This document shows positions 53,200 to 64,000 of a stretch of DNA of 64,000 bases, piece after piece (positions within the stretch are counted from its first letter, which is position 1; every line of letters begins with the position of its first letter). The notes under the pieces are model-generated. The model saw only the letters and a program-made list of their open reading frames with translations. It searched no databases and had not been told where the DNA came from. The translations under genes and the position numbers were made by a program. This DNA comes from Eledone cirrhosa (lineage: Eukaryota): assembly GCA_964016885.1 (NCBI GenBank), contig OZ024740.1, positions 199,888,001-199,952,000 of the forward strand, written 5' to 3'.

Positions 53200-54076
53200 T
53201 CTGAATTTGTTTTGCAAGATTCTTTATCCGAAAACGTGTGTTGAAACCGATATTGTTATACTTTGGGAGGGTCATGTTGCCAATAAGAAACACACGCACC
53301 AGTTGCTTTCACTTCAATTTATTATGAATTAAATTCATAAATTTAGGAATTCATAAATTTCCGGTTGGTTGGTTGGTTCCACAACCAGACGATTGTTCAT
53401 ATATTGTCAAAGTTCTTTCGTCACACATTATGTGACCTCGTCAGTGACTGGGCTTATTTTCTTTGTTTTTGTGCCTCTCCTTTGTTCTGCCCTACGCCAT
53501 CTTGTTTTTGTGCGTGTTGTGTGCTTAGTTTGCGCATGTGTTACATCCGGGTGTCTGTGTGTGTTTATATTTGTTTATTTATTTGTGTATTTACATGTTA
53601 CCGGTTGGTTGTTTGTTCTATGTGCGTGTGTGTTTTCATTTCGTCCTTAATTATAAGTTGTGATGTTGCTATTCCATTCATGTTTTCTATTTAATATTTG
53701 TTGGAGTTCATTTATGTTTATTGCCTCTGTGATGTGTCTAAACATTGTGTCTTTTCTGTGTGTAGATTCTAATTTTATTTCTACGTTCTCTAATTTACCC
53801 TTATGTTCCATTTTAGCATGTTGGTAGAGTACAGATGATTCTTTACTATCTTGAAGCTCTCGCCAGTGTTCATGTATCCGTTCTCCTATACTACGAGCTG
53901 TCTCACCTATGTACACTATATTCTTATCTCTACATTGTCCTTCAGTACATCTTATGCTATATACTACACTGCTAAAATGCCGGAGGGAAATTGAATATAA
54001 ATATATATAACGGCGATGATTTTGTTTTGCGGGATTTTTTATATGAAATCGTGTGTCGAAACAAATATTGTTATAC
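53200..54076 (-). mobile_element. 5'-truncated PLE: GIY-YIG endonuclease (about 53647-53972) and 3' UTR with a partial terminal repeat
   Basis: VVYSIRC..C...VYIGETARSIGERIHEH...HITEAINI..LNRKHEW. 53208-53261 resembles 54020-54076. Confidence 0.88.
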
Positions 54077-54154
54077 TATTATTATTATATATATATATAG
54101 ATAGATACATGCATATATATATGATATACAATATACACACACGTGTACATAGAC

Positions 54155-54252
<98 letters not shown>

Positions 54253-55344
54253 ATATTTGAAGACAGGAAGACGATACTTTGATTCGTGGAGACGTTCCCT
54301 GGCAAAGAACGGAATAAAACGAAGATAATACGTAAATATTTGGTGCGTTGAGAACAATTACACGCAAAGACAAAACGACGTATATGGTATAACTGAAGTC
54401 GTAGACTAAAATTCTATTTAGGAAACCGAATGATCCTCGGCTTCAGAGTTAAGAATAATGTAAATAAATTACAAAGGTTATTGAAATCAACAATAATTAA
54501 ATATATCCATGCACGCATCCATATACGTTGCGTGGGTTTTGTATGTGTGCGCGTGTTTTTGTGTACGTGCCTGTATTTGCATACACATGGCGGGTGTTTT
54601 CACGTATGCATGTGTATGTACGTATATGGATGCGTGCATGTATATATTTAATTATTGTTTCTTTCAATAACCTCTGTAATTAAGCATATTTTTTCCACAT
54701 CGAAACGACTAGATGTTGTACTTGACAGGTTTCGATTATCTTGACAAGGGACGTAACTCTGGTCCGATCAGGTATTAGCGGTTATATACCGATCAGGTAT
54801 TAGCGGTTATATATCCAAAGTGTTCAGCATTAGCCTACATTTCCCTATAAAATAACATTTCTTAGCTGATGTTTTTCATCTCGGATATTGGCAACATTTG
54901 TAGAATGGGAAGACATTGGAATTTGGTAATGTCGACAAACTGGAAATACCAGAAACAAAGTCCAATTTCACCAGACAACAATGGAACCATGTAAACTATC
55001 TAATGAAAAAAACGGAGAACATATTTTCATAAAAGAAGCCGACAATGGAAACGCTGTTGTCAGCATGGACACAACACACTATAAAAGCACAATCCATATA
55101 CGTTGCGTGGGTGTTGTATGTGTGCGCGTGTTATTGTGTACGTGTCTGTATTTTCACACCTATGGCGGGTGTTTTCGCGTACGCATGTATATGTACGTAT
55201 ATGGATGCGTGCATGTATATATTTAATTATTGTTGATATCAATAAGCTCTGTTATTTATTTACATCATTCTTAACTCTAAGCCGAGAATCATTCGGTTTC
55301 CTAAATAGAATTTTTAGTCTACGACTTCATTTATACCATAACCG

Positions 55345-57110
55345 TGGTTATTGTCAAACAAACCACCCTCTGCTTCATCTATAATAGGTCCCGTAAACTC
55401 AACACCAATTTTGACTAATAATCTCCAAAACAAACAGAACTCTACTAGCTCAACACCCCCTAAACTATCACCCACCACCAACAACCTGTCTCACCATACT
55501 AATCGTATTACAACCCATTCTAAACCATATATTAATGAATATAATGAAAATAGTAACACTAATACCACTATAGATAACACAATTAACTCCCCTGATACAA
55601 TATTTACGAATGGTTGTAACTGTAGAATCAAAAGAAATTGCCCTTTAAAGGGAAATTGTCTTATTAATAACATAGTCTATAAATGTGTAATTAGGTCTAA
55701 GGACTCCACTCAATCCTATATAGGAGCTACGTCTAAGTTAAAGTAAGATTTAATACCCACAAACATAGTTTTTAAAATGCAGCATTAGCTAATACAACCT
55801 CCTTGGCTGAAGCAATTAATAATTATAGAAAGAAGGATATTGATTACAACCTGACCTGGAGCGTGCTCAAAAGGGACACCCCTTATCAAAATATCAGATA
55901 TGAGTGTAGGTTATGCTCCCAAGAACTATTTGAAATCATGAAATCTAATGATATCCTATTAATAAGCGACAGGATTTATTTATATCATACAATCATAGAA
56001 TTAGAAAAACCTTCAAATATTATAATCTTAATTAATATATACCTCACTCTTATATTTTACAAATGATTATGATTAATTTTTAAAATGTTTTTTAATTTAT
56101 TTAACATATAATTAGAGTAAGTATGTTTTGAAACAGTGAGCGAGTTTGAATTTAGAAATATAAGCTATCAACGTATTTTTAACTAAATACATTTTTAGCC
56201 TCATAGTGGGGTTTAGAACCCTCAGAGAAATGGAAAAAGAGGAGTATTGACGTACATAATTAGAAATTTACTACAGAGAATTTCATAATTGTATTTCCCT
56301 CTTACAGCTCACTTTACCTAAAGTTACCTTTAACCTCACTACTTCTTTTAACCGCATCCCCTATTTATAACATTTAATACCTAGGATTATTAAATATAAT
56401 TAATATCTTTAATATTATGGATGTTTGGATAGATACACTACTTTTTATAAAATGTTGTCTATTTCAGTTTTTCTATATATATCTTTTATTTTTTTAATTA
56501 CTTTACTTCTTTATTTATCACATTCATAAGAATTAATATAATTTTAACTCTGTAAGTATACCTATCAATTAATTTAATTTGCTTTTATGTATCTAGGTTA
56601 CTTGAAATTTAAATATCATTATTATTTCTCACTAACACTCTCATCCCACAACATTTTTTTCCCTTCGCTTTTAACAGCATTTTTTAATAACACCAAATTT
56701 TGGGGGAATCGTTCACTACCTCCTTGATTGACCTCATTTTAACCCCTATCTTTCTCTTTCTCATTGTATTCTTTTCATTCAAAGCATAAATTTACATTCC
56801 TCCACTCCTAGCATCAAGTTCTGTTATTCTGTCAACTTGACCTCTAACTCTTTTCTATTGGTCAATTCAAAACCTGTTCACAAACAGACTTTTTATATTA
56901 ATACTTTGTTTCTTTCAATAAACATAAATCATCATTTCTGAAGATGGCATGTATTGGTGAAGGTATGTATATCTCCTCTGATAATTGTTTTACATAGATC
57001 TTTAACATGATATACACACCAACACACATATATATCCCAGAAACGATCGTAAAGTTATGATATTTTCAATATAAGGAATCTGTTCTTTGTTTTTATTTCA
57101 GTGTTTTTAG

Positions 57111-57115
<5 letters not shown>
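55345..57115 (+). mobile_element. Naiad-type PLE 3' fragment (zinc knuckle, GIY-YIG, long 3' UTR with HHR)
   Basis: GCNCRIKRNCPLKGNCLINNIVYKC..SYIGAT and CRLCSQE, with an HHR near the 3' end before (TA)n. Confidence 0.85.
56932..57060 (+). ncRNA. Type I hammerhead with long stem II
   Basis: TCATTT-CTGAAGA-TGG..TGTATTGGTG...CACCAACACA..CCA-GAAA-CGATCG (palindrome)-TA-AAGTTATGA. Confidence 0.75.
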
Positions 57116-57186
<71 letters not shown>

Positions 57187-58176
57187 TATATATATATATA
57201 TATGTATGTATGTATGTATATATGTATGTATGTATGTACGTATGCAAAGCACCTCTTAAGAGTCAATGGCCATCCAAAATCACCGGGCGAGATGACCCCT
57301 TAGCCTTTGTCAAGGCAGAATTCTAGGAGAAGGAACACTCTGATATAACACCTGCAACCCTGATGGTATTCAATGATGTTGACTTGTTCTTCTTTTTGGT
57401 AAATGTCATTTTGGTTAAGAGAGTGGGACTGGCTTTGTGCAGTGCCTTTGCTAACTATAAAAGTTTCACGGCACAGGCATTGCTTTATATCTAGAGATCT
57501 CTCTGTACTTGTCATCACATGGTACCATGGGTCCAGCACTATGTGTTAATAATTGTCACATGTGTAGTGTTTATACCAGAGTTTTCAAGTCGCTGGCTGG
57601 ACTAAAAAGTCATATTTGTTCAGCACATCGGTAGGGGTTCTCCTACATGGATATAAAGTAGTGGTCGTACTCGAAAACGAGTTGGCAGCCACCATGTATG
57701 TACGTATGTATCTATGTGTGTGTCTGTGAATGTGTCCCTGTGAGTGTCAAACAAAAACGGTGAAACAGATAGTAGTTGTACTTCCTCAAAATCTGATGTC
57801 GAAGTATTAACGAAAAAATAATAAATACGTTTATTGTGTGCTTGTATGATCGGAAGGATTTTTTTCAATTAACGTAGAACGATCAACTACTTCACTTTCT
57901 CCCATTGGAAATCATCAGATCTACATTTGATGACTTAAGATTCATGGCTACTGGACAACAGTGAATTGATGTTGTTGGTAAAGAGATTAGAAAGAGAAAT
58001 ATAAAAAGATAAAACAAACGAGAGTTTAAAAATACATGAGATCATCCAATAAATGCTTGGCGTTGATAGAAAAATAAATGAGGAGAGAAGATTAATGTAC
58101 AGAAAGACCACTTTGTTGTGTAAAGTCAATCACATATACGAACAACGAAATGAATATATAAAAACCACTAGATTCT

Positions 58177-58221
<45 letters not shown>

Positions 58222-58267
58222 CACACACATACACACATATATATATACATGTGTATATGTGTGTTTC

Positions 58268-58306
<39 letters not shown>

Positions 58307-58446
58307 CAGATATCTTGATGATTTATTTTCAATGATTCCAGTTCCTCAGTGAAATAACAACCCAACCAGGAACTGGGCTAATCGGAGTATTGACAAAGTT
58401 AAACACCTCAACAACATGTGTACTCGTCTCTACCACACTAATTCAG

Positions 58447-58497
58447 ACTGCCTGAAGAGATCACAGCCAAAGATGGCTGTCACCGAACTATAGCAGT
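58447..58497 (+). ncRNA. Degenerate hammerhead (deletion in GAAA/stem III)
   Basis: ACTGC-CTGAAGA-G..ACAGCCA(AAGA)TGGCTGT..C-GAA-CTATA-GCAGT. Stems I and II are intact. Confidence 0.55.
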
Positions 58498-59742
58498 AAT
58501 AAACGAAGCCACATTTTAAACATTTGACTTATTTATTTTATTTTATATATATATATATATAGTGTGTTATTAAATGTTCTATTAAGTTATATGATATTCT
58601 ATATTTTGTCTAATTGATGAGTCTTGTTATATTGGAGTTTGACCTGTGTATTTGCAGGATCAGCAGAGAAGACTGAATCTTCAGTGAGAGTAAAGCAGTA
58701 TACATGAACACTGGGATGGGTGGGAGTAATATAAATATAGTTTTGATGATGCTGTGTGTAATATACAATTGTCACTTCGCCACAATAAAGGATATTATCA
58801 TATTCTACTTCAGTTTTCCGTACTCTTTCTCGTGTCCATCAACATTACATTCAAACTATGCTGTGTGCTTTACAAATGGGAAGAACTAATCATTCCACTT
58901 AATAAACCCTGTGATGTAATAGTAAGAAAAGACCTGTACGTAATGCAGCCCATGCATAGTATATAATAAATGCAGATTGTGGTGCAGGATGGGAGTTGAA
59001 TATTTATTTTAAAAAACAAAAGTTCTTTAAATGTTTAAAGTTTGTAAAAAATACTCTACATATTTAAATGGCTAAGTTACATCATGATGTAAGACATTGT
59101 CGACTCCGTCTGGTGCGGATTGTATAATTAGGTAATAAATAAAAGAAATTAAGACAAACATGGAAGATACTTGAACCAAAGATTCGGTATTATTGTTCGG
59201 GTCTTTGAATAGAACATTCTTCAATGTTAATTAACAGCGTGGCTGTTACTTAACATTGAATGTATGTGTACCAAAACCACAATGCTTCGCATTAATTAAC
59301 TAATTATACAATCCAAACCTGACGATGTCACCAAGGTCTTCTGCGCTGATTGAATGAAATATCACGATTGAAATATGAATAGTGGAGCGCCAGTTTCTGG
59401 AACGAGGGCGGTAATTCAGGAGTCTTGGATCTCTTAACCTTAATTTATACGATAATGCGTGTGACTTGAGCAGCGCACTAACTATCTCAAAACTTAAGCT
59501 CTTTGAATGAGATCGTTAACTACGGAGATCGTAGGTTGTAGTTTTGATGGTTATTGTTGTCAGGTTCCATTTATCTCAATATATAGAGCAGTCAGCCGGT
59601 ATCGGAAAGATATAGAGTTCCATTCTTCATAGCGACAACTGGCCAGATTCTTTTGTTTATAAGTTGGATTTACCCCATTTTCTTAGCTACCAACTATATT
59701 AACACAATTTTTGCTTCTGGGTTTTCATATTTATTTTCTCTG

Positions 59743-59785
<43 letters not shown>

Positions 59786-59886
59786 CAAAGGAATTGTGGT
59801 AAGGATGGTAAGGAACCAGATGGACCATAACGCACCAGAGTACTCAATACTTAGGGTAGTAGAGTGGGAAATAGGAAAAGGTAAAA

Positions 59887-59980
59887 CCCCGACGGCAGAG
59901 CTCAATCCGTTTCGACGTCTATTTCTGGACTAAATTAGAATGTTTAACCTGGTGAATAAATAGCCGAGCTTTTCAAGGGG
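59887..59980 (-). ncRNA. Type I hammerhead, U3:A8 core variant (inverted terminal copy)
   Basis: CCCC-TTGAAAA-GCTCGGCTATTT...AAATAGACGTC-GAAA-CGGATTGAGCTCTGCCG-TC-GGGG. Confidence 0.7.
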
Positions 59981-60700
59981 GGTACTTCCTTATATGGAAA
60001 GATTGTTGTTGTCAAGAGGATTGGTTAAAATGTGTTGTAAATACAAATAAGTCATGGAATTTGGTGGGAGGTAGGAGTGGCTGAACTTACCTATAGAACC
60101 ATAGGGGAGTGAGTGGAGCGGTCAAGCGTTGAAAGTGATAAGTATACAGCAGATTCTAAGGCTAGTGTATGAAGTGGAGGAGGGAGGTAATAGAAAAGGT
60201 AAATCGAATGAGAGTAGGAGACAATAAAAGAAAATAAAAGAAAATAGAAAGAAATAAAAAAATATATAAAATTAGATAGTGAGAAATGAATAAAAAAATT
60301 ACAATGCTATCTTACAATTACGGGATACCAATTTGAGAATAGAAAAAACTTGTAGAAATTGAGTAGTACCAGAAGTGATACAGAATTAAATGGGTTTAAC
60401 ACGTCTGCTATAAGTACTTATAAAAACGTATTCGACCAATTCTATCTTAAAATTACAGGGGTGGGGGAACTGATGCTACAGAGTACCGATGGGCTGCATT
60501 GGGGTAGGCGAAGGGGAAAAGCAGACGAGGAAGAAAATAGGGGTGGAAAGAAACAGGGGGAAGAAGAAGACAAAGTGGAAAAGAAAGAAAAAGAGATACA
60601 TCTACCTAAGTAAGCTGGGGTTTTCCCTAACTTATTCGGCAAGTAGGGAGGTATCAGCCCTTGACTACCCACCCGCGTCGTTATGGGGTTTGAGGGCGAG

Positions 60701-60757
60701 GTAAGTCCTACGCAATCTGGGTTTGCATGCGGTTACCAGTTCCTCTTTCTTGTTTAG
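60701..60757 (+). other. Putative 57-nt spliceosomal intron in the PLE 5' leader
   Basis: GAG|GTAAGT donor and TTCCTCTTTCTTGTTTAG|G acceptor, upstream of the ORF start at 60834. Confidence 0.55.
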
Positions 60758-63330
60758 GAGTTGGTCCTTCGAAAACAGCATTTGTAATGTTTCCTCCGAG
60801 CACTACTCTAAGTATTGATTACTCTGGTGCGTTATGGTCCATCTGGTTCCTTACCACAATTCCTTTTGTTATTTATCTCCTATCTCTGTAGTAGAGCACT
60901 TTCCGACTCTACCACGCCATATCCCAACTTTTCCACCCAGCTCAAATTTCTTCACCCGCTCGATGCGAAAACACAACATCGACTTCTCCACCAAGAACAT
61001 TCCAGTTCCACCGAGAAAACTTTACCTTCGGATGCTCACGCAAAAAATCGATCTTTTTGCGAAAAGACTAAGATGGAGAACTTTTTTCTACGATAGATAC
61101 CGCGATAATCAGAACTTCGACACCATGGAAAGATTCAGATTCAATACCTACAAATATCTCCCTCCGAACCATATGCTCTCACCATTCGAGAACGATCTTT
61201 TCCACCTGGTAAAGAGCATTAAATTCAAACCCAGACACAACAGATTCCTACAAAAACTCCGTAGCAAAATAACAGAGTATGAAAACACCAACGAGATCCT
61301 GGTCCACTCGGACAAAACAGGAAACCTCTACTTCGTCAATCCTGACAGATACCACACACTGATCAGGAGCAGCCTAAACTCCACCTAAAAAAGCCTAACC
61401 ATTCAATTATCGAGGACATAAATCAAGATGGACAACAAGTTACCTCCAGCTCGGCGTCGCCGACCGCACTGAACCCCTAGACCCACGGACTCCCTACTTC
61501 ACACTGAAGGACAACAAATCCGACTTCGACCGCAAACCATCCATTAGGTTTATAAACCCATAAAGTCGGACATAGGGAGAATCAGTAAAAAGATGCTAGA
61601 CCGAGTTATACCAAAAATTAAGCAAAACGTGTGACTTAGTCTATGGGTCAGCACCCAGGAAGTAATCTCATGGTTCAGGAATATGGAGGACAAACGAGAT
61701 ACAAAATTCTTCCAGTTTGACATAGAGAGTTACTATGCATCTATTACCTTACCGCTCCTTACGGCCGCCTTGGACTTTGCCGAAACATTCACAACCATCA
61801 CTGAGCAGAAAAGAAATATCATTCTCCACGCCAGGAAGACAGTCCTACTTTTCGACAACTCTAACTGGATAAAGAGGGCTCCCGACTCCCCCTTCGACAT
61901 CAGTATGGGCGCGACGGATTCGGCCGAGGTCACAGATCTGATAGGATTATTCCTACTATTTAAATTCACCGAAATGTTTCCTGCATTCGGAGGTGGATTG
62001 TACCGGGATGATGGGCTCCTCACCCTCAAAGGGTACAACCCCAGTAGTACAGACCGGGTCCGTAAACAACTAATCAACTGCTTCCGGGACTGGGGATTTA
62101 AAATCACCCTACAAACATCCCTAACCCGAGACAATTTCCTGGACGTTACCCTTAACCTCGAAAATGATCTGTACTACCCATATAGGAAATCAAACGACAA
62201 CCTGCACTACATCCACCGCCGCTCAAACCATCCTAGAAACATCACTAATAACCTGGTTAAAAACATCTCCCTCCGCATATCTCGTTTGTCCGCTAATGAG
62301 CAGTTATTCGACGACCACGCGCCTCTTTACAACCAGGCTCTCACGCGGAGTGGCTTCCAGGAGGAAATATCCTTTTATCCAGCTTTCCTTGGGGATCCAG
62401 CAGGTGACACCGCCGCTTACGCAAAGTAACGTGGTTCAATCCTCCCGATAATGCCGAGGTGGCAACACCTATCGGGAAAATCTTCTTTAGACTCCTCGAA
62501 AAACACTTCCCACTACAACACGGCTACCACAACATAATCAACAAAAATACCATCAAAATCTCCTACAGCACCACACCTAACTTCGCTCAAAACATCATCT
62601 CCTCAAACAACAAAACACTCAACCCCTATGGAAGAAATGACCTAGACATCAGTGGAGAGCCGACCAGGAGGTGTAACTGCCCTGATTGATTTACGTGCCG
62701 CCTCAACAACAAATGCCGAGAACGTAACGTGATCTACCAGTGCAACATGAGGACGGACACCCCCAACAAAGGTTATATAGGATTAACCGCGTGTGACTTC
62801 TTCCCCCTGTTTCTTTCCACCCCCTATTTTCTTCCTCGTCCGCTTTTCCCCTTCGCCTACCCCGATTGCAGCCCATCGGGCCTCTGTAGCATCAGTTCCC
62901 CCACCCCTATAATTTTAAGATAGAATTGGCCGAATACGTTTTTCTAACTACAAAGTAGCAGACGTGTTAAACCCCTTTAATTCTGTATCACTTCTGGTAC
63001 TACTCAATTTCTACAAGTTTTTTCTATTCTCAAATTATTATCCCGTAATTGTAAGATAGCATTGTGACTTTTTATTTATTTCTCACTATCTAATTTTATA
63101 TATTTTTTAATTTCTTTCCATTTTCGATTTACCTTTTCTATTACCTCCCTCCTCCACTTCATACACTAGCCTTAGAATCTGCTGTATACTTATCACTTTC
63201 AACGCTTGACCGCTCCACTCACTCCCCTATTGTTCTACAGGCAAGTTCAGCCATGATAGACTTATTTGTGTTTACAACACATTTTTACCAATCCTCTTGA
63301 ACACTACAATCTTCCCATATAAGGAAGTAC

Positions 63331-63424
63331 CCCCTTGAAAAGTTCGGCTATTTATTCACCAGGCTAAAAATTCTAATTTAGTCCAGAAATAGCCGTCGAA
63401 ACAGCTTGAGCTCTTCCGTCGGGG
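63331..63424 (+). ncRNA. Type I hammerhead, U3:A8 core variant (PLE 3' terminus)
   Basis: CCCC-TTGAAAA-GTTCGGCTATTT...AAATAGCCGTC-GAAA-CAGCTTGAGCTCTTCCG-TC-GGGG. Stem III is partly decayed relative to the 28598-28614 version. Confidence 0.72.
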
Positions 63425-63669
63425 TCTTACTTTTTCCTATATATATATATACATCTCTCAGATGTGAGAAAAACCACAGATCCTCCATCTCAACTCACCT
63501 TTTGAAAAGCAGAAGAACTGCGAAACCGGTAAAGGAACCAAATAAATATATATATTTAAAAAAAAAATAAGACTTCAGTTGCATTTTCGATTTCATCTCT
63601 TTTTCTTTATACTTCCACTCGTGTAGGACACCTCGGTTATTTTTCATTTTGTAAAAAAAACCTCACTTT

Positions 63670-63725
<56 letters not shown>

Positions 63726-64000
63726 CTGTCTCATCACTTCACTAAGAACACTTTAAAAACGAATGAATGTCGTACAATAAGAAGAGAATGGTCTAGAAAT
63801 CTGTGTGTTGTATATAGTAATAGATAATTAATATAATCTGTATATTATTACCAAAATATCACTTAAACGAATGAAATCTAACAAAAGGTTTGAATCTTAT
63901 ACATCGATAATAGCGTTGAATCTTATAATGCAATAATGATTGTGTTTTATTCCCAATACATCTTCATGACCGATTTTTCGCATTACATTACCATTAGTTA

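Larger units (their letters stand above)
59783..63440 (+). mobile_element. Naiad-type Penelope-like element with a 5' inverted terminal copy (59783-60612) and an internally deleted GIY-YIG domain
   Basis: KRLRWR, HSDKTGNLY, QFDIESYYASI, SMGATDSAEV, YRDDGL, FLDVTLNL, WFNPP, KISYST, CNCPD*FTCRLNNKC and VIY..YIGLT (60834-62797). About 62797-63440 is the reverse complement of about 59870-60566. Confidence 0.93.

Noticed and set aside
61632-62689. In-frame TGA codons (61632 and 62687) in the Naiad-type ORF read as selenocysteine recoding, which is reported for some Naiad elements
   Set aside because: Neither TGA aligns with a conserved Cys. The knuckle cysteines are intact TGY codons in all three Naiad-type copies, the ORF also has frameshifts, and I saw no convincing SECIS. 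Point mutation is the simpler explanation.

Overview
AT-rich, microsatellite-dense eukaryotic DNA, most likely from an octopod cephalopod (inferred from the dominant tRNA-derived SINE and the repeat landscape). I found no intact host gene. The window is a stack of mobile elements. It holds a frameshifted Helitron RepHel, several non-autonomous Helitrons, two near-full-length Naiad-type Penelope-like elements (PLEs), several PLE fragments, RTE-, R4-, CR1- and CRE-type LINE fragments, and about 9 copies of one SINE. The main hidden signal is about a dozen complete or near-complete type I hammerhead ribozyme (HHR) motifs, plus orphan halves. Two unrelated families use the compensatory U3:A8 core (UUGAnAA) instead of CUGAnGA. 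One of these is a non-coding, circularly permuted 591-nt retrozyme-like repeat. Most of the HHR/PLE insertions share a 'tails-out' inverted architecture inside (TA)n tracts. Scattered degenerate fibronectin-type-III-like exons on the + strand suggest a decayed host gene under the repeats. Coordinates were read by eye, so element boundaries may be off by some bases. No folding, alignment or database search was run.
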